IMG/VR virus record: IMGVR_UViG_3300029873_000387
Strand: one strand, 5' to 3'
Length of the DNA stretch: 13,114 bases
Source: a virus
Lineage: Duplodnaviria; Heunggongvirae; Uroviricota; Caudoviricetes
The notes under the pieces are model-generated. The model was not told the origin of the DNA, ran no database searches, and saw nothing but the letters and a program-made list of their open reading frames with translations. Of the stretch, positions 6,667 through 13,114 are shown one piece after another (position 1 is the stretch's first letter; each line of letters starts with the position of its first letter). A program made the position numbers and the translations under genes.

Positions 6667-7203
6667 TTATGATTTGCTGTCTGTAGAGCCCATACCGCCG
6701 TTTCTGACGCCTGTTGCATCGTCGGAGTATGTTACACCATAAGGGATGAAAATTGCCTGTAGGAAGCCGCTACCGGCCTCTACGGTAAGTGTTTTGCCTG
6801 TATGATTGTCGTTCGTGATTTTAGCGAAGATGTGCCCCTCGTTATCTGAGTAGTAATAGTCGCTGTCAATCACGCCCATCGTGTTATCCAGCTGCAGGCG
6901 GTACTTGAAGCCAAGGCCGCTGCGAGGCAGACAGCCAAGCCACCAACCCTCATCGACCTTGACCCGAATGCCGGTGGGGATTTTGATGGTATCACCGGCA
7001 TCCAGTGAGAAGGAGAACGGCGCTTTGAAGTCATATCCGGCGGAACCGGATGTGGCTCTGGACGGGAGCTGGAGGGCTTCCCATGATTTCTTGATGTTCT
7101 CTTTCAGGGCAGGGGTCATTTCCTGCTCTTTATAAAATTCATCTTTGATAGCTTCGTAGTACTGCTCGAAGCTGACTTTTTCAAACTCACCGACTCTGTT
7201 CAT
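6667..7203 (-). CDS. dut: Trimeric dUTPase
   Basis: Motifs GSAGYD, PRSG, GVIDSDY, FLQ and RNGGMGST; AGGAGG RBS. Confidence 0.95.
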   Translation of the reverse strand: MNRVGEFEKVSFEQYYEAIKDEFYKEQEMTPALKENIKKSWEALQLPSRATSGSAGYDFKAPFSFSLDAGDTIKIPTGIRVKVDEGWWLGCLPRSGLGFKYRLQLDNTMGVIDSDYYYSDNEGHIFAKITNDNHTGKTLTVEAGSGFLQAIFIPYGVTYSDDATGVRNGGMGSTDSKS

Positions 7204-7244
7204 TCTTCAACCTCCTGCGTGTAACCAAGTGCGTCCATGTCTGC

Positions 7245-7508
7245 CTAGAAAAGCTCCCAGAACCCATCAATTCGAGGGTCTTCAATAGACTCAACAAGAC
7301 CGGTGCGAAGCAGTGCCAGACACGCAATGCCTTTGGGTGTCAGCTGATATACGGCATCATCATCGTCTTCATCCGCCTCTGCACCGTCGCAGCATTCGCA
7401 ATCAAGGTCGCAGTCGTCTTCGGGGTAAGGGGTTTCTGTGACGCTCTGGCTTTTGATTTTGCCGTCTTCATCGTACTCGGTATATGTAGTAATGATTTTC
7501 TTAGTCAT
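7245..7508 (-). CDS. Acidic, Cys-containing hypothetical protein (87 aa; possibly extends through TAG to 7200)
   Basis: Start reassigned to ATG 7508 (AGGAGG RBS, overlaps the end of glyA). Reads MTKKIITTYTEYDEDGKIK...CDLDCECCDG...EDDDD...YQLTPKG. Confidence 0.75.
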   Translation of the reverse strand: MTKKIITTYTEYDEDGKIKSQSVTETPYPEDDCDLDCECCDGAEADEDDDDAVYQLTPKGIACLALLRTGLVESIEDPRIDGFWELF

Positions 7509-8703
7509 GTAGTTCCTCCTGCATGGATTTGATAATGTTGTCAATGATGTGAGCGACGCTGACAAAGTCTTCGGCGGTATAGCCCTTAGTCGTCATAGCT
7601 GCCGTTCCGATACGAACGCCGGAAGTCTGCTGCGGAGAACGAGTTTCATTGGGAACACAGTTCTTGTTAAGGGTAATGCCATGCTTGTCCAATTCGTCCT
7701 GTACCGCTTTGCCGGTCAACCCTGTTTCCGTCAGGTCAAGCAGGAACAGATGATTGTCTGTACCACCTGTAACGACATTGTAGCCCATCGAAATAAATGC
7801 ATCGCACATCGCCTTACAGTTACGCACAACGGCGTGGATGTAGTTCTTGAACTTGTCTGTGCAAGCCTCCTCGGCTGTTACCGCTTTACCAGCGATGATA
7901 TGCTGCAACGCCCCGCCCTGACAGCAGGGGAAGACTGCGCTGTCGATGCGCTTGGCAAGCTCCGGTTTGCAGAAAATCAAACCGCCCCTTGTGCCTCGCA
8001 GAGTTTTGTGTGTCGTGGTAGTAATGATGTCAGCAAGCCCGAATGGGGACGGATGGTCGCCAGCCGCTACAAGTCCTGCGATATGTGCCATATCCACCAG
8101 CATATAGCACTCGTTTCCTGTCTGCCCTCTATAGCAGTCGATAACATTTCTGAAGGTGTCAAAGTACAGGGTACGGCTATATGCAGAAGCCCCAATGACT
8201 ACAAGCTTTGGATTGAACTTATAAAGCTTGTCGATGAAATCGTTTGTATCAATCCACCCGGATTTGTTTGCTCCATAGTGGATGAAATTGAAAATCTTAC
8301 CACTGATATTCACCGGAGAGCCGTGGGACAAATGCCCGCCGTTATCAAGGCTCATAGAAAGAACAGTATCTCCTGGTTTCAGTACGGACAAATATGCCGC
8401 AATATTTGCATTCGTGCCGCTGTGCGGCTGCACATTGACATGATAGTCAGTCTGGAACACCTTCTGCCACATTTCGCAGCAGTATTCCTCCAGCTCGTCT
8501 ACATACTGGCATCCGCCATAGTATCTGCCACGGTTTCCTGAGCGATGCGTAGCGGGGTATCCCTCTGAATACTTGTTGGTCAGGCAGGAACCGACTGCTC
8601 GCATGATGTTTTCACTTACGAAGTTCTCGCTGGCTATCAGTTCGATAGTCGCATCCTGTCGGTGCTGTTCTTTTGCAATAAGGTCAAAAACTTTTGACTC
8701 CAA
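7501..8703 (-). CDS. glyA: Serine hydroxymethyltransferase
   Basis: LIASENF, NKYSEGYP, RYYGG, NVQPHSG, GGHLSHG, DMAHIAGLVA, the PLP-lysine motif TTTTHKTLRG, GGTDNH and SGVRIGT; TTG start with GGGAGG RBS. Confidence 0.97.
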   Translation of the reverse strand: MESKVFDLIAKEQHRQDATIELIASENFVSENIMRAVGSCLTNKYSEGYPATHRSGNRGRYYGGCQYVDELEEYCCEMWQKVFQTDYHVNVQPHSGTNANIAAYLSVLKPGDTVLSMSLDNGGHLSHGSPVNISGKIFNFIHYGANKSGWIDTNDFIDKLYKFNPKLVVIGASAYSRTLYFDTFRNVIDCYRGQTGNECYMLVDMAHIAGLVAAGDHPSPFGLADIITTTTHKTLRGTRGGLIFCKPELAKRIDSAVFPCCQGGALQHIIAGKAVTAEEACTDKFKNYIHAVVRNCKAMCDAFISMGYNVVTGGTDNHLFLLDLTETGLTGKAVQDELDKHGITLNKNCVPNETRSPQQTSGVRIGTAAMTTKGYTAEDFVSVAHIIDNIIKSMQEELHD

Positions 8704-8717
8704 TTAGTACCTCCCAG

Positions 8718-8990
8718 TTATTCACCACAGTTTGGACAGACCATTCTGCCCTCTGGAATTACTGCACCACAGCAAATACAGTGGTCTGCATTTTCAGCGG
8801 CGGGCTTATCCTTAATCTTGATGTACAGTCCGCAATGGCAGGTTCCTTCCTCCATCTCACGGAACTCTTTACACATACACTCGGTATCTTCGCTTCTCAC
8901 AATAGCGCACGGGCAAAACCCATTGTTGTCTTTAAGCGCCTTGCGCATATGTGCAACAAAGTCTTTATCAGGGTTGATGTTGATTTGCAT
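8718..8990 (-). CDS. Ferredoxin:thioredoxin reductase catalytic-subunit-like protein with C-terminal CxxC-x10-CxxC metal-binding domain (90 aa)
   Basis: Start reassigned to ATG 8990 (GGAGG RBS). Carries the FTR-type triplets GFCPC, ECMC and CHCGLY, and the tail CICCGAVIPEGRMVCPNC. Confidence 0.85.
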   Translation of the reverse strand: MQININPDKDFVAHMRKALKDNNGFCPCAIVRSEDTECMCKEFREMEEGTCHCGLYIKIKDKPAAENADHCICCGAVIPEGRMVCPNCGE

Positions 8991-9498
8991 ATTCGTTGTT
9001 CCTCCAGAACGGCCAGAAAACATTGGCCGCATACTGATTGTCCGAGGCAAGCTCTACGCCAAGCACAGGGTCAAAACGGTGTGGCTTGTTCGGGATATAG
9101 CGTCCGAACTTTACGAAGACATTTTCGTAAAGAGAAAGGGTATGAAGCTGGTCTGGGATTTCTTCGGGATAATAACCGGTATAGATGACGACATCATCTT
9201 CGCAGTCATAGGTGTCACGAAACAAATCCAGAAATGTGAGAAGTTCCTCAAACTGTTCCATCGGTTCAAGCCCACCGAAGACAACCGCTTTGGTGAGGGG
9301 ATTTGTCAAATACCGATGGCAGAGCTCATTATCGTCAATCGTAATGGGGGCGCAAGAGCGCCACCCATCATTTTGACAAACAGAGAGAGGAATACCAGCT
9401 TCGATACAGCACTTGCCCCCACAGGAAATCGTGCCAATGAACATGGCCGGTTTCTTATAATTGGTGAAGTCCTCATCAACTACCGTCTTTACCCTCAT
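8968..9498 (-). CDS. nrdG: Anaerobic ribonucleotide reductase activase (radical SAM), 176 aa
   Basis: ATG 9498 overlaps the nrdD TGA (ATGA). Contains EDFTNY, C-x3-C-x10-CQN, FGGLEP, IYTGY, KFGRY and LASDNQ, and sits directly downstream of nrdD. Confidence 0.88.
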   Translation of the reverse strand: MRVKTVVDEDFTNYKKPAMFIGTISCGGKCCIEAGIPLSVCQNDGWRSCAPITIDDNELCHRYLTNPLTKAVVFGGLEPMEQFEELLTFLDLFRDTYDCEDDVVIYTGYYPEEIPDQLHTLSLYENVFVKFGRYIPNKPHRFDPVLGVELASDNQYAANVFWPFWRNNEYANQHQP

Positions 9499-11411
9499 TC
9501 GCTCATTGCCTCCGCATAGGTGTACCACTGTCTTGTGTTGAACTCGCGGAAACGGTCTTTGGAATAAGCGCGTGACGGGACAAGATAGCCAACGATGCGC
9601 TGATATGTATCGAATACAGGTTCACCGCACACCGGACAATGGTCTGTGCCTACGAAACCGTGATGATGCTTGCATTCGTTGATGCGGGTGTTAAATGCAA
9701 AGTAGATAACGCCTGACCGTGCAATCTTGTTGAGCATCTCCCATGCCATATCCGTATTGGGGAAATTCGACTCCAGATTGATGTGGGCGATACTACCGCC
9801 GGAACACTTCTCATCCAGAATAGAGCACAGCCGCAGTTTTTCCTGAATGGTGCATTTGGCCGACAGAGGAATCCACTGATTGGAGTAAATGAATTTATCG
9901 TTGTGGTCATACAGGACATTGTCTTTCTGACACAGGATAACAGCGGCACGCTCTGCAGGAACGCTCTCGATGTTAAATGAATATTCGTCAGTGAAGTTAT
10001 CCTTGACTTCGTTGAGCACCTCAAAGATTTTGCTTGCGAAAGCGACTCCCTCATCGGTATAGCTGATATAACCGAATTCATCCGTCTTGGTATAGCCGAA
10101 AGCTTCGATTACCTCATACAGACCGAGGATGCCCATTGTGCAGTACTGCTTGTCCATCTCCACTGCGCCTTCCTGATAGTTGGGAAGCAGACCCTTTTCG
10201 ATGTTCCGGTGGATAATGTGCCGCACGGTATCAAGAGTTTTACAGCACAGCAGCGCACGCTTTTTAAGAAGAGCCAGATACTTTTTCTCATCGCATTCCG
10301 TTTCCAGCGCAATTCGCATCAGGTTGATGGTATTGACCTTGACAGAACCGATAGAAAGTGCCGTGCCGCCGATGGAGTTGATGAACGCATTAAGCTTTGA
10401 GGTATCTGACAGCAGGCGACAGCAGTTGGAAAGCGTATTCACATCACCGCTGATGAAGAAGTTACTGTCATTCCATGTGGTATTGTGGTCGCTGCACCAT
10501 CTGGCAAAATTCTCGTCCACAAACTTTCCGTCACGGTACAGAAGACTATAAGTCAGTACCGGGAAGGTGAACATATTCTCGCTCCGGATTTGTGAAACGA
10601 CCTCCATGAAGAGTTTCTGGTGTTCAATCAGCTCTTCCACACAATCAATGACATAACTGCCGTCCGGATACTGTACGCCGCCAAACAGAGCCTCGATATA
10701 ATTGCGGTCAAAGATAGACACATTGACAAAGGCGGTCTGGTCGATGCGCATGAACGGCTGATTGAGGCGGTAGATGAACTTCTGGAAGCACTGTTTAATG
10801 TAATACTCTGGGTCTTTGATGATGTGACCGCTTTCGCAGTCTTTTTTCCAGAAGTAATATGTCCAAATCAGGACATTGGGGATACCCACAGCACCGGAAC
10901 TGCGGTTACTCATGTAGCTGATATACTCGATTACATCATCCATGAAGGTGGTAAGGTGCCTGGGTGCCTGATTATTGTAGTTTTTCAGAAAGAAAAGTCC
11001 CTCGGTCGCCAATCTGGACAGGTCATAGGCGTAACAATACGGCAGATAGGTGGAAGTTGAGGCATCATGCAGATAAAAGCCGCCGTTATATTCTGTTTCC
11101 AGCCATTCTTTTGCCGTTCGGAGGTTGTACCTCTTCTTCATCTCATAGAAAATCTTGTTGAAAGCGAACAGCTTATCGTGGGATTTTCCTTTTTCATTCA
11201 AGAGACTGCGAATATCCTTATTAGAGGCGTTTGCATTGGCATCAATGGTCACATCGGCTACATTCTTATCAATAAAGCCATCGATGAAGTCAGAGAAATT
11301 CAACTGGGTTTCATGAAAACCGTTGAGAAACTCGAAATCCTCACCGTAGCGCTCATTGAGAGCCGCCATTGCCTTTTCAAAGTCTCGGTTCATTTTGAGT
11401 GGAATGTTCAT
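9495..11411 (-). CDS. nrdD: Class III (anaerobic) ribonucleoside-triphosphate reductase, no N-terminal ATP cone
   Basis: YLHD...PYC, finger loop SNCCRL, GSVKVNTINL, ESVPAE, SGGSIAHI, zinc site C..H...CPVCG and glycyl-radical motif RIVGY (9585-9599). Confidence 0.95.
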   Translation of the reverse strand: MNIPLKMNRDFEKAMAALNERYGEDFEFLNGFHETQLNFSDFIDGFIDKNVADVTIDANANASNKDIRSLLNEKGKSHDKLFAFNKIFYEMKKRYNLRTAKEWLETEYNGGFYLHDASTSTYLPYCYAYDLSRLATEGLFFLKNYNNQAPRHLTTFMDDVIEYISYMSNRSSGAVGIPNVLIWTYYFWKKDCESGHIIKDPEYYIKQCFQKFIYRLNQPFMRIDQTAFVNVSIFDRNYIEALFGGVQYPDGSYVIDCVEELIEHQKLFMEVVSQIRSENMFTFPVLTYSLLYRDGKFVDENFARWCSDHNTTWNDSNFFISGDVNTLSNCCRLLSDTSKLNAFINSIGGTALSIGSVKVNTINLMRIALETECDEKKYLALLKKRALLCCKTLDTVRHIIHRNIEKGLLPNYQEGAVEMDKQYCTMGILGLYEVIEAFGYTKTDEFGYISYTDEGVAFASKIFEVLNEVKDNFTDEYSFNIESVPAERAAVILCQKDNVLYDHNDKFIYSNQWIPLSAKCTIQEKLRLCSILDEKCSGGSIAHINLESNFPNTDMAWEMLNKIARSGVIYFAFNTRINECKHHHGFVGTDHCPVCGEPVFDTYQRIVGYLVPSRAYSKDRFREFNTRQWYTYAEAMSE

Positions 11412-11431
11412 TTGCTCCTGTCCTCCTCCTT

Positions 11432-11632
11432 TTAATGTTGATTAACCCACTGGTTTGCTGTTTGGAAGTCAAGAAGTTCTCCATCCACACTGAGAACAGG
11501 AACTTGTACGATTCCGAGCGACAGCATTTCGTCCACAGTGTTGTTTTCTGTGTACGCAATACCCTTTTCTTCTAATTTATGCTTGAGCACCTTACACTTG
11601 GGACAACCGGTTGAATACAGAATGATTTTCAA
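11432..11632 (-). CDS. NrdH/glutaredoxin-like redoxin (66 aa)
   Basis: YSTGCPKC active site and VPVL cis-Pro motif; TTG start with AGGAGG; directly upstream of nrdD. Confidence 0.9.
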   Translation of the reverse strand: MKIILYSTGCPKCKVLKHKLEEKGIAYTENNTVDEMLSLGIVQVPVLSVDGELLDFQTANQWVNQH

Positions 11633-12302
11633 TGCGGTTCAGACCTCCTTTGAGCCTTAAAGCAAGCCGCTGATACGGCTTTAGCTGAATATGCAGGACT
11701 TCTTCGGCGAAAGCAGCGGGGTCATCCTGCCATTTTGATATGGAATCTGCACAGGCGAGTGCTTGAATAACGGAATAAGTCTCACTCCACGATGTAACGC
11801 GATACATTCTGTTTTTATCTGCGTCATAACAGCGGTTGTGAGGGGCGGTCATGAGAATTTTGAAGTAATCCCCGCCCTCCAGATTGTGAATGCCGTCGTC
11901 TATCAGCACATCTCCCTTGATAAGCTGTTTATGGGCTGTGATGATGACATCGTTCCATGTCAGGAATGGGAAGTAGTGGAACAACACCTGCTCCATTTTG
12001 GCCGCCAAGGTCTGGTAGTTCGATGTGGTCACAATCAGCACAGTATGTCCATCTGCAATTAGTTTTTGCAGCGCCTCTGACGCGCCTTCCATTGGTTTGA
12101 CCCAGCTCCAAAAGGCATCCTCAAACAAAGGGGCATATACTTGCTCTTTTGTAAGGGTAGGAAATGCCTTTGAAATATCCCAATCGGTAATATCCGAAAG
12201 GTTGGTACTGGTTTGATGCCGTGCGTTCAGGTAGGCGACCCAAGCTTCAGCGAGGTTCTCGATAGTATCATCCATATCAACAAGAATTGTCAGATGACGC
12301 AT
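11592..12302 (-). CDS. HAD-family 5'(3')-deoxyribonucleotidase (NT5C-like) with C-terminal extension
   Basis: Motif I ILVDMDDTI, IVT, K...GDVLIDD and APHN; AAGGAGGT RBS. Confidence 0.88.
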   Translation of the reverse strand: MRHLTILVDMDDTIENLAEAWVAYLNARHQTSTNLSDITDWDISKAFPTLTKEQVYAPLFEDAFWSWVKPMEGASEALQKLIADGHTVLIVTTSNYQTLAAKMEQVLFHYFPFLTWNDVIITAHKQLIKGDVLIDDGIHNLEGGDYFKILMTAPHNRCYDADKNRMYRVTSWSETYSVIQALACADSISKWQDDPAAFAEEVLHIQLKPYQRLALRLKGGLNRIENHSVFNRLSQV

Positions 12303-12313
12303 ATCACACCTCC

Positions 12314-12871
12314 TTACAACTCATCGAATGTTGTCTGGTGAAAACCTGTGTAATCTGTAAGCCATACAATGACACGCTCTTGCAGGTCTTTCAGCGTACC
12401 ATCGTTGACAATCCAGTAGTCCGGCGTTGTATTGTCGAGCGCGGTTTCTGACGGATGCGCCTGTTGTTCTTTGGACAGTGGACTTGTGAAGTTCTTCCTA
12501 ACGACACGCAAATGAACCATATCAAGTCCGGCGCTCTTAATGCAGTCAATCTCGTTGGGGAAGCGGCAGTCGGGAATGAGCAGATAATCCCATGCATCAG
12601 GGAAGAGTTTTGCCATTGAGATAATGAAATCGACCCAGAAATCAGGTTTCTGTGTGCGGATGACATCTGTTCCGACATACTGCAGAATATGGCGTCCAGC
12701 ATCGTCTTTCTGCCCGTTCCATCCAAAAAACTGTTTGCATATGTATTTGAGTAGGTCTGCATAATGGGCGACCTGTACTTTATAGCCGTCTGCTTCCAAT
12801 GCGGATTTCAGAAACCCGGCTGTTGTATCCTTCCCATGCTGCGCCTTGCCTGAGATAGCGATAATTTTCAC
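12314..12871 (-). CDS. Phage-type deoxynucleoside monophosphate kinase (185 aa)
   Basis: Start reassigned to GTG 12871 (AAGGAGG RBS). P-loop ISGKAQHGKDT, YADLLK, RHILQYVGTD, DCRFPNE and HPSE. Confidence 0.87.
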   Translation of the reverse strand: MKIIAISGKAQHGKDTTAGFLKSALEADGYKVQVAHYADLLKYICKQFFGWNGQKDDAGRHILQYVGTDVIRTQKPDFWVDFIISMAKLFPDAWDYLLIPDCRFPNEIDCIKSAGLDMVHLRVVRKNFTSPLSKEQQAHPSETALDNTTPDYWIVNDGTLKDLQERVIVWLTDYTGFHQTTFDEL

Positions 12872-12875
12872 GGCA

Positions 12876-13114
12876 TCAGCCTCCTTTTTTCTTTGTTGTG
12901 TACTGGCAGAAGCAATCGATAGCCTGCCGCACATTGATGGAATCGTCCGGTGGCCTCCACTTATGCTCATTGCCATAATAGATTTCCCTTACTTTACAGT
13001 ATGCTGCGACAACTGGTTTGTCCGGGTCATCGACTTGGTGCTCACATATGATAGCGACCGCACTCTTCCCAACAGTTGTGAAGTCATCCACCATTCTTTC
13101 AATGGCAAGCCTTT
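12876..13114 (-). CDS. Hypothetical protein, C-terminal part (frame open to the window edge)
   Basis: The frame stays open upstream of the listed ATG (..RLAIERMVDDF..). It ends at TGA 4 nt before the kinase start, and the kinase RBS lies in its last codons. Confidence 0.7.
   Translation of the reverse strand, partial: RLAIERMVDDFTTVGKSAVAIICEHQVDDPDKPVVAAYCKVREIYYGNEHKWRPPDDSINVRQAIDCFCQYTTKKKGG

Larger units (their letters stand above)
3985..13114 (-). mobile_element. Probable large temperate prophage (integrase end plus nucleotide-metabolism module); continues beyond the window
   Basis: Terminal large serine recombinase followed by densely packed, co-oriented, overlapping genes typical of large phages (dNMP kinase, NT5C nucleotidase, NrdD/G, redoxin, dUTPase). 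No virion genes are in the window, so phage identity is inferred. Confidence 0.72.

Noticed and set aside
7549..8541. 330-aa antisense ORF
   Set aside because: It is a codon-register shadow of glyA, with no recognisable domain.
8694..9519. 164-aa and 233-aa + strand ORFs
   Set aside because: They are antisense to the well-supported FTR-like and nrdG genes.
9495..11411. Intron or intein in nrdD
   Set aside because: The ORF is continuous and compact, with no splicing motifs or endonuclease insertion.
12872..12976. 35-aa N-terminal extension of the kinase
   Set aside because: It overlaps the upstream gene. The RBS and P-loop position point to GTG 12871.
1..13114. CRISPR array, tRNA or rRNA genes
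   Set aside because: No regularly spaced repeats or cloverleaf/rRNA-like sequence were seen by eye, and the intergenic spaces are short and otherwise explained.

Overview
The window shows a conjugative element from a gut Firmicute (Clostridia-type) that has been hit by four nested insertions within about 4 kb, followed by the integrase end of a probable large temperate prophage. From left to right: (1) the right end of a TnpW-encoding, Tn4451-like mobilisable element (1..~112) inserted into a virD4/traG coupling-protein gene at the conserved G-KTAKS motif; (2) the rest of traG, split by an intact Ll.LtrB-like group IIA intron (618..3112) encoding a 599-aa RT/maturase/HNH protein, with EBS1 and delta matching the flanking exons; (3) a maff2 gene truncated at NDNPGA by foreign DNA that, from memory, matches the conserved upstream region of tet(W); (4) a break in that segment at ~3984, about 23 bp beyond the stop of a large serine recombinase. 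The minus strand from 4008 to 13114 carries the recombinase, a small partner ORF, a sortase-anchored surface protein and a tightly coupled nucleotide-metabolism operon: dNMP kinase, 5'(3')-deoxyribonucleotidase, NrdH-like redoxin, class III NrdD with a vicinal-Cys finger loop, NrdG, a ferredoxin:thioredoxin-reductase-like protein with a C-terminal CxxC-CxxC domain, SHMT (glyA), an acidic protein with a suspicious internal TAG, and dUTPase. The main highlights are a probably phage-borne ferredoxin-FTR-NrdH-NrdD electron chain, a phage-borne glyA, a prophage apparently targeting the tet(W) leader region, and a candidate amber read-through or nonsense codon. All family assignments rest on motif recognition; no searches were run.
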